DNA from: an uncultured Candidatus Rokubacteria bacterium | GTDB taxonomy: Bacteria > Methylomirabilota > Methylomirabilia > Rokubacteriales > CSP1-6 | Assembly: GCA_963762145.1 (NCBI GenBank) | Contig: CAVXJS010000009.1 | Span: 352,001 to 416,000 of the forward strand | Length of the DNA stretch: 64,000 nucleotides | Direction of reading: 5' to 3' | Shown here: positions 9,764 through 19,781 of the stretch, piece after piece | Layout of the letters: the number at the start of each line of letters is the position of its first letter | How positions within the stretch are numbered: the stretch's first letter is position 1 | The notes under the pieces: generated by a model | Seen by the model: only the letters and a program-made list of their open reading frames with translations | What the model was told of the DNA's origin: nothing | The model's database searches: none | Program-made: the position numbers and the translations under genes

Positions 9764-11365
9764 ATGACGACCGCGAGCGGCAAGAACATCGTGATCTGCT
9801 CGGACGGGACCGGCAACACCGCGATCAAGGGCCGCGGCACGAACGTGTTCAAGCTCTTCGAGGCGGTGGACCTGAACGGGCACCGCACCGACCCGCGCCT
9901 GCCGCCCCAGGTCGCGATCTACGACGACGGGGTGGGGACCGAGGACTTCAAGCCGGTCCGCGTGGTCGCCGGGGCCACCGGATACGGGCTCAGCCGGAAC
10001 GTCCGGCAGCTCTACAAGGAGCTGGTGCGGATCTACGATCCCGGCGACCGCATCTTCCTCTTCGGCTTCAGCCGCGGGGCGTTCACGGTGCGCACGCTGG
10101 CGGGCCTGATCGGCTTCTGCGGGATCGTGGACGTGCGGCGGCTCCCCACCGTCGACGCATTGACCGCCGCGGTGAAGCGCGCATACCGGGCCTACCGGGC
10201 GCGCTACCGCACCCCCCTCGGCAAGCTGCTCCGCGGCGAGGTCGATCCGCAGGCGATCGAGCGCTTCCGGGCCGAGTGCTGCCACGAGCTCCCGGCCCCG
10301 GTGCACTTCCTCGGCGTGTGGGACACGGTGGACGCGGTCGGCCTGCCGTTCCATCTCGGAGAGGTCATCAACCTGACGATCTACCGGTTCAAGTTCCCCG
10401 ACCAGCACCTCGGGCCCATCGTGCAGACGGCCTGTCACGCGCTCTCGGTGGATGACGAGCGGCACGCCTTCCACCCGCTCCTGTGGCATCACCGCGACGC
10501 GGGTGACGACCGGCGCATCGACCAGACCTGGTTCGCGGGCGCCCATTCCAACGTGGGCGGCGGCTATCCCAAGCAGGGCGTGTCGCTCGTCGCGCTGGAG
10601 TGGATGCTCCAGAAAGCCGAGACCGCCGGGCTCCGGCTGGTCCCGGGCGATCGCGGCTACTACCGCGACCACGCGAACGTGGACGACAAGGTCTACGACC
10701 CGCGGGCGGGGATCGGCATGTTCTACCGGTGGAAGCCGCGCGACGTGGCCGCGCTGTGCGACGCCAATCGGGTGGCGCCGACCGTGCATCTCAGCGTGCT
10801 GGAGCGCATCGCGCACGGCACGGAGGACTACGCTCCGGGCAACCTGGCCCCGAACGCCCGGGTCGTCATCACGCCGTCGGGGGAGGCCACCGCCGACGAG
10901 GCGGCCCGGGCCCGCGCCCGGGGCGTCGAGGCCGTCCTCCACGAGGCGCACCGAGCCGACCCGCGCCCGCTCCTCGCGCGGGTGCGCGGCCCGATCGTGA
11001 TCGGACTCCTCTCGTACTACGTCTACATCGCCGCGTGCGTGGCCGTGGTCGCCGCAGCGTCGGCCCCCGCGGATATTGGCACCACCGGATGGGCCTGGCG
11101 GTGGCTCACCGGCGCGGCCACCCTGATCGGGAACGTCGTGACGCTCCAGGTGGGCGAGCTCTGGAAGACGGTCAAGACGATGGCGACGTCGCCCTGGCTC
11201 TTCGGCCCGCTCGTCGCCGGGTTCTTGCTCTCCTACGCGCTCGCCTTCGTGGCCGACCGCCGCATGAGCCGTGTCTTCTCGGGCTTCTGGTACGAGCAGC
11301 AGCCCCGGCTACGCGCCGCCTTGAAAGCCGCGCGCAAGGAGTCCGGAGGGCCGGCCGGAGGATGA
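9764..11365 (+). CDS. DUF2235 (Tle1-like phospholipase) protein with C-terminal transmembrane segments
   Basis: ICSDGTGN, TNV, YDDGVGT, GFSRGA, GVWDTV, AHSNVGGGY; hydrophobic C-terminal helices. Confidence 0.85.
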   Translation: MTTASGKNIVICSDGTGNTAIKGRGTNVFKLFEAVDLNGHRTDPRLPPQVAIYDDGVGTEDFKPVRVVAGATGYGLSRNVRQLYKELVRIYDPGDRIFLFGFSRGAFTVRTLAGLIGFCGIVDVRRLPTVDALTAAVKRAYRAYRARYRTPLGKLLRGEVDPQAIERFRAECCHELPAPVHFLGVWDTVDAVGLPFHLGEVINLTIYRFKFPDQHLGPIVQTACHALSVDDERHAFHPLLWHHRDAGDDRRIDQTWFAGAHSNVGGGYPKQGVSLVALEWMLQKAETAGLRLVPGDRGYYRDHANVDDKVYDPRAGIGMFYRWKPRDVAALCDANRVAPTVHLSVLERIAHGTEDYAPGNLAPNARVVITPSGEATADEAARARARGVEAVLHEAHRADPRPLLARVRGPIVIGLLSYYVYIAACVAVVAAASAPADIGTTGWAWRWLTGAATLIGNVVTLQVGELWKTVKTMATSPWLFGPLVAGFLLSYALAFVADRRMSRVFSGFWYEQQPRLRAALKAARKESGGPAGG

Positions 11366-11372
11366 GCGTCCG

Positions 11373-11401
11373 TTGCGCCCGGCCGCGGGGCCGGGTAGCA
11401 T
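11373..11401 (+). promoter_or_regulatory. sigma70-type promoter of a leaderless transcript
   Basis: TTGCGC(11373-78)-17 nt-TAGCAT(11396-401)-7 nt-ATG(11409). Confidence 0.55.
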
Positions 11402-11408
11402 CGGCCGC

Positions 11409-12593
11409 ATGACGACGGCGCGCACCGCGGAGGTGGTGATCATCGGGGGCGGCGTGACCGGCGCCAGCACCGCGTTTCACCTGACCCGGCGCGGGATCAC
11501 CGACGTGATCGTGGTGGACAAGGGCGCGATCGCCTCGGGCGGCACCGGGAAGAGCTCGGCGTGCGTACGCCAGCACTACTCGACGGCCGAGACCTGCCGG
11601 ATGATCCGGTACTCGCTCGACTTCTTCCAGCGCTTCGCTGAGCACACCGACGGCGGCTCGTGCGGGTTCCGCCACACCGGCTACCTCCTCGGGGTGGACG
11701 CGAAGATGCGCACGCCGATGGAGGCCTCGGTCGCGCTCCAGCGCTCGGTCGGCATCGACACGCGGCTCGTGTCGCCCACCGACATGCGCGAGATCGAGCC
11801 GCGCCTTCGCGCGGACGACCTGGTGGCCGGCTGCTACGAGCCGGCGTCGGGCTACTGCAACCCCGTCGAGACCGCGCAGGGCTTCGCGCGGGCCGCGCGC
11901 GCGGCGGGCGCGCGCATCCTGGAGGACACCGCGGTGATCGGCCTGCTCGTGGACGGCGACCGCGTGCGCGGCGTCCGCACCGTCGCGGGGGACATCCACT
12001 CTCCCGTGGTCGTCAACGCGGCGGGCCTGTGGAGCGCCCGGGTAGGCGCGATGGCGGGCGTCGAGCTGCCGATCCACGTATGCCGTCACCGGATCAGCAT
12101 CGTGGCCTGGCCGGAGGCCGATCGGCGCCCGCACCCGATGGTGTACGACTTCGTGACGAACATCTACACCCGGCCCGAGATGGGCGAGCACATCCTGGTC
12201 GGCGGGCTCGACGCCGAGGAATCGCAGGCCACCGCCGACCCCGACGCCTACCGGGAAGGCGTGAGCCTCGACGAGTCCACCGAGGCGCTCGCGCGCGTGA
12301 GCCATCGCTTCCCCGCCCTGGCCGACGGACACATCGCCCGCGGCTACGCGGGCTGCTTCGACGTCTCTCCCGACTGGCACCCCATCCTCGACCGGGTGGG
12401 CCCGGAGGGCTATCACGTGGCCGCGGGCTTCTCCGGCCACGGCTTCAAGCTCTCGCCGGCGGTGGGCCACATGATGGCCACCCTCATCGTCGAGGGGCCG
12501 GGCGGGCATCCGGATCTGCCCACCTTCCGCCTGGCCCGGTTCGCGGAGGGCAAGCCGATCCGAGGAACCTATGGCGACTGGCTGATGTGCTAG
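11409..12593 (+). CDS. FAD-dependent oxidoreductase (DAO / sarcosine oxidase beta-like)
   Basis: IIGGGVTG, VVNAAGLWS, GFSGHGFKLSPAVG. Confidence 0.9.
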   Translation: MTTARTAEVVIIGGGVTGASTAFHLTRRGITDVIVVDKGAIASGGTGKSSACVRQHYSTAETCRMIRYSLDFFQRFAEHTDGGSCGFRHTGYLLGVDAKMRTPMEASVALQRSVGIDTRLVSPTDMREIEPRLRADDLVAGCYEPASGYCNPVETAQGFARAARAAGARILEDTAVIGLLVDGDRVRGVRTVAGDIHSPVVVNAAGLWSARVGAMAGVELPIHVCRHRISIVAWPEADRRPHPMVYDFVTNIYTRPEMGEHILVGGLDAEESQATADPDAYREGVSLDESTEALARVSHRFPALADGHIARGYAGCFDVSPDWHPILDRVGPEGYHVAAGFSGHGFKLSPAVGHMMATLIVEGPGGHPDLPTFRLARFAEGKPIRGTYGDWLMC

Positions 12594-13792
12594 CGCCGTC
12601 CCGTCCCTGGCTCGTCGTCGGCGCGGTCTGGATCACGCTCGCGATCGCCTCCGGCCTCTACTTCTCGTTCCCCATCTTCTTCGTCGCGCTCCTGGACGAG
12701 TTCGGCTGGTCGCGCGGCGCGACCGCGGCCGCGTTCTCCATCTCGTCGGTCGTGCAGGGCGTGCTGGCCCCGGTGGTCGGAATCCTCGTCGACCGCCTCG
12801 GGCCGCGGCGGGTGATGCTGGGAGGCGCAGGCGTGCTGGGGCTCGGGTGCGCGCTGTCGAGCCGCGTGGACTCGCTGTGGTCGCTCTACCTGATCGTCGG
12901 CGGGCTGACCGCGGCCGGGGCGTGCGCGGTGAGCTGGGTGCCCGCGGGCGCGCTGATCGCGCGCTGGTTCGCCGAGGGCCGGGGCACCGCGATGGGTGTG
13001 GCGTTCTCGGGCATGGGCGCGGGCGTGCTGACGGTGGGGCCGCTCGCCCAGTGGCTGATCGCGGGATCCGGCTGGCGCACCGCCTACCTCGCCCTGGGGC
13101 TCGGCACCCTCGCCGTGCTCCTGCCCCTCATCTGGCTGGGCGTGCACGACGGGCCGGGCGCGGCCGCGCCCGCGCGCGGCGCGAGCGCGGTCCCCCTCTC
13201 CTGGGGCGCGGAGATCGGCGACGCGCTGCGGACGCGCGCGTTCTGGGCCCTCTTCTTCGCGTACCTGTGCACCCCGCTGGCCGTCTTCTCGGTCGTCACG
13301 CACCAGGTGGCCTTCGCGGTCGACCACGGCTTCCCGCGGCTGTTCGTCGCCTCGATCTTCGGGCTCACCGGGCTGCTCTCGGTGGTGGGCCGCATCGGGT
13401 TCGGCGTCGCGGCGGACCGGATCGGGCGCGCTACCTCGGCCACGATCTCCTACGGCTGCACCGCGGTGGGGACGCTCTGCCTGCTCGGGCTCGAGGTGTG
13501 GCCGCACGTGGCCGCGCTCTACGCCTACGCGATCTTCTTCGGCCTGGGCTTCGGAGCCCGCGGGCCGATCATCACCGCGATGGCCTCCCAGCTCTTTCCG
13601 GGACGCTTCGGGGCGATCTACGGGCTGCTCAGCGTCGGCAACGGCATCGGCGGGGGCGTCGCGCCGTGGTTCGGCGGCTACGTCCACGACCTCACGGGGA
13701 GCTACCGGATCGCCTTCCTCACCGCGGTCGCCTTCTGCGCGGTCGGCGCGACGTGCTTCTGGCTCGCGCGCCCTCCGCGCGATGCGCTATGA
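12587..13792 (+). CDS. MFS transporter (OFA/MCT-like)
   Basis: GTG start overlapping the upstream gene end; GILVDRLGPRRV motif; about 12 TM segments. Confidence 0.85.
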   Translation: MLAPSRPWLVVGAVWITLAIASGLYFSFPIFFVALLDEFGWSRGATAAAFSISSVVQGVLAPVVGILVDRLGPRRVMLGGAGVLGLGCALSSRVDSLWSLYLIVGGLTAAGACAVSWVPAGALIARWFAEGRGTAMGVAFSGMGAGVLTVGPLAQWLIAGSGWRTAYLALGLGTLAVLLPLIWLGVHDGPGAAAPARGASAVPLSWGAEIGDALRTRAFWALFFAYLCTPLAVFSVVTHQVAFAVDHGFPRLFVASIFGLTGLLSVVGRIGFGVAADRIGRATSATISYGCTAVGTLCLLGLEVWPHVAALYAYAIFFGLGFGARGPIITAMASQLFPGRFGAIYGLLSVGNGIGGGVAPWFGGYVHDLTGSYRIAFLTAVAFCAVGATCFWLARPPRDAL

Positions 13793-13800
13793 TCCGCCCG

Positions 13801-14595
13801 ATGCGCCTGGCGGGTCGCGTGGCGGCCATCACCGGAGGAGCGCTCGGGATCGGGCGCGCGACCGCGCGCACCTTCGCCGAGGAGGGCGCCATCGTCGCGC
13901 TCGGCGACGTGCAGGTCGAGGCCGCGGAGGCGGTGGCGCAGGAGATCCGCGGGCGCGGCGGCCGGGCGATCGCGATCGGCGTCGACGTGGGCGACGCGGC
14001 GGCGGTGCAGGCCTTCGTCGACCGCGTGGTCGCCGAGTTCGGGCGCCTCGACGTCATGTTCGCCAACGCGGGGATCGCGCACTCCGCGCCGTTCCTGGAG
14101 CACCCCGAGGCGCAGTGGCACCGGGTCCTGCGCGTCAACCTGACCGGCGTGTTCCTCTGCTGCCAGGCCGCCGCGCGCCAGATGGTGAAGCAGGGCGGCG
14201 GCCGGATCATCACCACCGCGTCGATCAACGCCTTCCGGGGCGTGGAGAACCTCGTCGGCTACAACGCGGCCAAGGCCGGCGTCATCGAGCTCACCCGCAC
14301 CATGGCGGTCGAGCTCGCGCACCATCGCATCGCGGTGAATGCGATCGCGCCTGCCCAGATCGACACCCGGCTGAGCCGGAGCCTCCCCGCGGACGCCCGG
14401 CGCCGGCGGGTGGAGCGCATCCCGATGGGCCGCTTCGGCGAGCCGGAGGAGGTGGCCCGGGTCGCGCTCTTCCTCGCCGGGGACGACGCCAGCTACGTCA
14501 CCGGCCACACGCTCGCGGTGGACGGCGGTTACCTGGCCGGGGGCCTCTGGTCGGGCGCGCCGGATGTCGGCGCCCCCGGCGGCACGCCGGGCTAG
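13801..14595 (+). CDS. short-chain dehydrogenase/reductase
   Basis: TGGALGIG, ANAG, YNAAK; TATGAT 7 nt upstream of the ATG (leaderless). Confidence 0.9.
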   Translation: MRLAGRVAAITGGALGIGRATARTFAEEGAIVALGDVQVEAAEAVAQEIRGRGGRAIAIGVDVGDAAAVQAFVDRVVAEFGRLDVMFANAGIAHSAPFLEHPEAQWHRVLRVNLTGVFLCCQAAARQMVKQGGGRIITTASINAFRGVENLVGYNAAKAGVIELTRTMAVELAHHRIAVNAIAPAQIDTRLSRSLPADARRRRVERIPMGRFGEPEEVARVALFLAGDDASYVTGHTLAVDGGYLAGGLWSGAPDVGAPGGTPG

Positions 14596-14635
14596 CGTCC
14601 GGGCGGCCGTCCCGCGGCCGCTGCCACCGAGCCCG

Positions 14636-15848
14636 ATGGAACAGGCCCTGAGCGACGTCACGGTGATCGACCTCGGCCAGGTCATCGCGATGCCGTTCTG
14701 CACGATGCTCCTCGCCGACCTCGGCGCGCGGGTGATCAAGGTCGAGTCGCGGGAGCGCGGGCGCGAGCGCGTGTCGCTCGGGGTCAAGACGTCGCCGCGA
14801 CGGCGTCGAGGAGCGGGTGCCCGCCGCGCAGTACCGCGATCGCAACAAGCTCGGCGATCACGCTCGATCTGAAGACGCCGAGCCGGCGTCGAGCTCTTCC
14901 GCGAGCTGGTGCGACGCGCCGACGTGGTCACCGAGAACTTCAGCGTCGGCACGATGGCGCGCCTCGGCCTCGGCTACGAGGCGCTGCGCCGTCGTCAACC
15001 CCCGGCTCGTCTATGCCTCGATCACCGCGTTCGGCCAGCACCGGACCCTACGCGCCCCAGCGCGGCTACGACATGCTCGCGCAGGCGATCAGCGGCTACA
15101 TGAGCATCACCGGCGATCCCGACGGGCCGCCCACCCGATCCGGCCAGTCCATCTCCGACTACTACGCGGGCATGCTGTGCGCCTTCAGCATCGTCTCCGC
15201 GCTGCACTACCGGCAGCGCACCGGCCGAGGGCAGCACATCGACCTGGCCCTGCTCGACAGCCTCCTGGTGGCGCTGGACAACCTCGGCGAGCGCTACACG
15301 GTGGGCGGCGAGATCCTCACCCGCGCCGGCAACGTCTCGTTCGCCGGGTCGGCCACCGGGATCTACGCGACCACCGACGGCCACGTCGCCATCGCGGCCG
15401 CCGCGAGCAACGCGGTGTGGGCCCGCTTCTGCGCGGCCATCGGCCGCGGACGAGCTCGACGCGCGCCCCCGCGTTCGCCACCGCGGCGGCCCGGCGCGAC
15501 CGGCGCGACGAGATCGCCGCCATCATCCAGCGGTGGACCGGCGAACGGAGCAAGGCCGAGGCCGTGCGCGCCCTGACCATGGCCGGCGTGCCCGCCGCGC
15601 CGGTCAACAACGTGGCCGAGATGGTCGCCGATCCCCAGGTGCAGGCCCGCGAGATGTTCGTCGAGCTCGACCATCCGGTCTACGGGCCCTTGAAGACGAC
15701 CGGGACGCCGCTGAAGCTCTCGGAGACGCCCGGCCGGGTCCGCTGGCTGGCTCCCATGCCGGGGCAGGACAACCATGAGGTCTTCGTCGATCTCCTGGGC
15801 CACACGCCCGATGATCTCGAGCGCTGGCGCGCCGAGGGCGTGATCTGA
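14636..15848 (+). CDS. CaiB/BaiF class III CoA-transferase, broken by several frameshifts (probable sequencing errors)
   Basis: DLGQVIAMPFCTMLLADLGARVIKVE, ADVVTENF, GYDMLAQAISG and C-terminal PLKLSETP fall in different frames. Confidence 0.8.
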
Positions 15849-15970
15849 CGGCCACCCGCGCGCCCCCGCTCTCTTAGCATTGTTCCGGTCGGCGCCTTGA
15901 CCCCACCTGGGGGCCATGGCCTCCGAGTCTTGGCCGGTTATGTCACGGGCACGGGACCCAAGCCGGGGCG

Positions 15971-15997
15971 CGCCCGCCGCCGGCGGGCGTTTCTGTT
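15971..15997 (+). terminator. putative intrinsic terminator
   Basis: CGCCCGCC-gcc-GGCGGGCG hairpin followed by TTTCTGTT. Confidence 0.55.
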
Positions 15998-16177
15998 GGC
16001 TATTCTCTCCCGCTATAGGACGAAGGTCCCATGGTGCCGCCGGAGCACATGGATACACACTCCCCTGGAAGGCGCGACCTTCGAACCGGCGGACCGCGAT
16101 GTCAGCTATTCGCGGAGATCGGGAGGGAACGTGCACAGCCCAATTGGGTTTCGGATGGGCTTGATGACGCAAGGCCA

Positions 16178-17272
16178 ATGAGCCAGCCGTGGCCGCCTGA
16201 CGACGAGCGCGAAAAGCGAGCGTCGTCGCGCCTTCTCGATGTACTGATCCGTGCCGGCCTGATCGGTGTATTGGCGGTGCTGTGCTACATCATCTTTGCA
16301 CCGTTCCTGGCACTGATGGCCTGGGCGATCATCCTGGCCGTCACGCTCTATCCGTTGCACCGATCGCTCGCCCAGAGGATTGGTGGCAAACAGGGCCTCG
16401 CCGCGACCCTGGTGGTTCTTGCCGGCCTCCTCCTGATCGTCACGCCGTCTGCACTACTGATGAATTCGTTTGGAAGCTCAATCTATGACCTTGCCAGGGC
16501 CGTGCAACACAACACCCTCGACATACCTGCACCGCGCGAGGCCATCAAAGAATGGCCGATCGCGGGCAACAAGATCTACGACACGTGGTCACGGGCCCAT
16601 ACGGACCTACCTGGCCTCGTCGAGCGCCTGCAGCCGAAAATCGGCGAGCTGGCCAGAAAAGCGCTCTTGGCCGTCGCAAGCATTGGTATCGGCATGCTGC
16701 AGTTTCTGGCGTCATTCATCGTCGCCGGCGTATTGATGGCGTACGGTGAGGCGGGCTCGCGCGGGAGTCGAGCGATCTTCGAGCGCATCATCGACAGAGA
16801 ACGAGGCGAACCGTTTGCCAGACTGTGCACGGCAACGATCCGCGCCGTGGCTCAGGGAGTCATCGGCATCGCTTTCGTTCAGGCGATCCTCGTCGGCCTT
16901 GCGCTCCTCCTGGCCGGCGTACCGTGGGCCGGTGTCCTGGCGATGATCACTCTCGTGTTGAGCATCGCCCAGGTGCCGGCGCTCATCGTCATCCTGCCAG
17001 CAGTCGCGTTCATCTGGTCGAGCGGCAACTACGGCCACGGTGCAGCCATCGCCTATACGGTCATCTTGCTGCTCTCCGGGATGGCCGACAATGTCTTGAA
17101 GCCGTTGATGTTGGGTCGCGGAGTCGATGCACCGATGCCGGTCATCCTGCTCGGGGCATTGGGTGGCATGGCGACCGGCGGAATCCTGGGAATGTTCGTG
17201 GGGGCCACGCTCCTGGCCCTCGGCTATCAGATCTTCATGAACTGGGTCGCAACCAATCCAGAAGCGACCTGA
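16178..17272 (+). CDS. AI-2E family transporter (YdiK-like)
   Basis: DNVLKPLMLGRG and GALGGMATGGILGMFVGA motifs; visibly lower GC3 than neighbouring genes. Confidence 0.85.
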   Translation: MSQPWPPDDEREKRASSRLLDVLIRAGLIGVLAVLCYIIFAPFLALMAWAIILAVTLYPLHRSLAQRIGGKQGLAATLVVLAGLLLIVTPSALLMNSFGSSIYDLARAVQHNTLDIPAPREAIKEWPIAGNKIYDTWSRAHTDLPGLVERLQPKIGELARKALLAVASIGIGMLQFLASFIVAGVLMAYGEAGSRGSRAIFERIIDRERGEPFARLCTATIRAVAQGVIGIAFVQAILVGLALLLAGVPWAGVLAMITLVLSIAQVPALIVILPAVAFIWSSGNYGHGAAIAYTVILLLSGMADNVLKPLMLGRGVDAPMPVILLGALGGMATGGILGMFVGATLLALGYQIFMNWVATNPEAT

Positions 17273-17367
17273 AGTCCCTCAGATCGGCCGCGGCAATGGC
17301 TCGACACGAGCGTGTCACGGATTAGCGAGTTGGTGGTCGGCCGGCACGGGTGGCCCGGCGCGCCCGG

Positions 17368-18546
17368 TCACCCCATCGGATCCACGTCGGGGAAGCCCAG
17401 CAGGATCTGTCCGAGACGCTCGTAGGCCGAATCGCTCACCATGAGGTGCTGCGCGCCCGCGTTGATGTCGCGCAGGCAGCGCTGCAGCACGCCGGTGCGG
17501 TAGAGCGCGCCGCCGCCGGCCGCGCGGAAGAGCCCGGTCACGATCTCAACGGCGGTCTCGGTCGCATACGTGGCCACGCTGCGCAACTCGCTCTGCTGGC
17601 GGCGCGTCAGGATGCCGCCCGCGCCGACGGTGGCCCAGGCCGCCTCGAACAGCTCGATCGCGCCGGACCGGACCGCACGTAGCCGGATCTCGCCCTCGCC
17701 GAGCCGGGCCTGGAAGGCGGCACGCGCGGCCAGCGGCGAGGCGGTGACGAGGCCGCGCGACTTCGATTGCGCGAGCTCGGCGGCGGCGCCGAGGGCGCGG
17801 CGCATGATGCCCAGCGCGAAGGCCACGTGCTCGTAGGCCACGAAGGCCGGCATGCCCAGGCGGAACAGCGCGCCGCCCCGGCGCGGCTTCGCGGTGGCGG
17901 GATTCCAGACGAACGCGGCGGGCACGAAGCAATCAGTCACGGAGAAGTCGCTGCTGCCGGTGCCCTCGAGGCCGGCGACCTGCCAGTTGTCGTGGATCTG
18001 CGCGGCCGCCGCCGGGATGACCACGATGTGGCGCTCGCCCGGGTCCTGCGCGTCGCGCCGGACGATCGCGCCGGCGGTGAGCCACTCCGCGTGCCGCACG
18101 CCGCTGGCGAAGGGCCAGCGCCCGGTCAGCCGGTAGCCGCCGTCCACCGGCGTCGCGGTGCCGGTCGGCAGGATGGCGACCGCGGCGGGCGGGACGCGGC
18201 CGCCCGCCAGGATCGTCCCGATCGCCTCGTCGGGCAGGAAGCCGGCGGGCAGGCCCACCGCGGTGGTCGCGACCATGAGACACCAGCCGGCCGAGGCGTC
18301 GATGTAAGTGAGCGCCTCGATCACCTCGAGCTGGGTCACCGGATCGGCCTCGGCGCCGCCGAGTGACTCGGGCACCTTCAAGGCCAGGAGCCCCGAGTGG
18401 GCGAGCGCGCGCACCGTCGCGGGTGGCAACGTGCGCAGGCGCTCTCCTTCCTCCGCGCCCGCCGCGACCACGTCGCGCATCGCGTCCACCGCGGCGAGGA
18501 GACGAGCGCGCTTGGCGTCTCGATCGGCCGGCCGCGCTGCGCTCAT
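17368..18546 (-). CDS. acyl-CoA dehydrogenase-fold flavin-dependent monooxygenase (HsaA-like)
   Basis: DASAGWC, GRWPFASG, WQVAGLEGTGS, LQRCLRDINAGAQH. Confidence 0.85.
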   Translation of the reverse strand: MSAARPADRDAKRARLLAAVDAMRDVVAAGAEEGERLRTLPPATVRALAHSGLLALKVPESLGGAEADPVTQLEVIEALTYIDASAGWCLMVATTAVGLPAGFLPDEAIGTILAGGRVPPAAVAILPTGTATPVDGGYRLTGRWPFASGVRHAEWLTAGAIVRRDAQDPGERHIVVIPAAAAQIHDNWQVAGLEGTGSSDFSVTDCFVPAAFVWNPATAKPRRGGALFRLGMPAFVAYEHVAFALGIMRRALGAAAELAQSKSRGLVTASPLAARAAFQARLGEGEIRLRAVRSGAIELFEAAWATVGAGGILTRRQQSELRSVATYATETAVEIVTGLFRAAGGGALYRTGVLQRCLRDINAGAQHLMVSDSAYERLGQILLGFPDVDPMG

Positions 18547-18691
18547 CTGCCCAGGAACGCGGCGCGGTACCCGCGCCCCGCGCGTCCCTTCATGCGGAGT
18601 CGGTAGGCCTTACCGGAAAGGTCTTCCTGACGAGGCGGCGCGGGACGCCGCACGGGTCGAGAAAGGCCGAACTTTGTGGCGAGGCTCCCGC

Positions 18692-18707
18692 TGGCAATCC
18701 GCTTGCA
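18692..18707 (+). promoter_or_regulatory. sigma54 (-24/-12) promoter
   Basis: TGGCAATCCGCTTGCA with exact GG-N10-GC spacing; ATG 14 nt after the -12 C. Confidence 0.65.
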
Positions 18708-18719
18708 CCCGAGTTTGCC

Positions 18720-19763
18720 ATGCGAGTCGCTCACATCGCTCCGCTTTACGAGCGCGTGCCGCCCACGCTCTACGGGGGCACCGAGCGCATTGTCTCTTAT
18801 CTGGTCGAGGAACAGGTCCGCCGGGGCCACGAGGTCACCCTCTTCGCGAGCGGGGACTCGCGCACCGCGGCGACCATCGTGGCCGCGGTCCCGCGCGCCC
18901 TGCGGCTGGACGCCGGGCACGGCGATCCGATCGCCCCGCACGTGGTAGAGCTCGCGCAGGTGTTCGAGCAGGCGGACGAGTTCGATCTGATCCACAGTCA
19001 CGTGGACTACCTAGCGTTCCCTTTCTCGCAGCTGGTATCGACGCCCACCGTGCACACGCTCCACGGCCGCCTCGATCTCCCGCATTTTCGGCCGATGATG
19101 GCCCACTTCGCCGACATTCCGCTCGTCTCGATCAGCAACGCGCAGCGCCGGCCGCTCGAGCCGCTCCCGCTCAACTGGACGGCTACGGTGTACCACGGGT
19201 TGCCGCTCGATTCCTACAGTCCGGGGCGCGGGGACGGGGGCTACGTCGCGTTCCTGGGACGGATCTCACCGGAGAAGGGCCCCGCGGTCGCCATCGCCGC
19301 GGCCAAGGCGGCCGGGGTACGGCTCAAGATCGCGGCCAAGGTCGACCCGGTGGATCGCCCGTTCTTCGAGTCCGAGATCGAGCCGCTGCTCGACGACCCG
19401 CTGATCGAGTACGTCGGCGAGATCGGCGAGGCCGACAAGCCGAGGTTCCTGGGCGAGGCGATAGCGCTGCTCTTCCCGATCGACTGGCCGGAGCCGTTCG
19501 GGCTCGTGATGATCGAGGCCCTCGCCTGCGGCACTCCGGTGGTCGCGCGGCCGTGCGGCTCGGTGCCCGAGATCATCACGCCGGGCCGCACCGGCTTCCT
19601 CGCGGATACCCTCGACGAGATCGTGGAAGCGCTGCGACGCGTGGAAAGTCTGGATCGGGCGCACTGCCGGCGCGAAGCGGAGGGGCGCTTCAGCGTCGAG
19701 CGGATGGTCAACGACTACGACGCGGTCTACGAGAGCCTCGCCACCGGCGCCCAGCTCACCTGA
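18720..19763 (+). CDS. glycosyltransferase family 4
   Basis: MRVAHIAP...PPTLYGGTER; GRISPEKG; EPFGLVMIEALACGTP. Confidence 0.9.
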   Translation: MRVAHIAPLYERVPPTLYGGTERIVSYLVEEQVRRGHEVTLFASGDSRTAATIVAAVPRALRLDAGHGDPIAPHVVELAQVFEQADEFDLIHSHVDYLAFPFSQLVSTPTVHTLHGRLDLPHFRPMMAHFADIPLVSISNAQRRPLEPLPLNWTATVYHGLPLDSYSPGRGDGGYVAFLGRISPEKGPAVAIAAAKAAGVRLKIAAKVDPVDRPFFESEIEPLLDDPLIEYVGEIGEADKPRFLGEAIALLFPIDWPEPFGLVMIEALACGTPVVARPCGSVPEIITPGRTGFLADTLDEIVEALRRVESLDRAHCRREAEGRFSVERMVNDYDAVYESLATGAQLT

Positions 19764-19781
19764 CCCGACGAGAACGATGAC

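Noticed and set aside
16040-16110. GGTTCGAA on the minus strand resembling a tRNA T-loop (possible tRNA-Sec)
   Set aside because: Flanks do not form a T-stem, acceptor stem or UCA anticodon arm.
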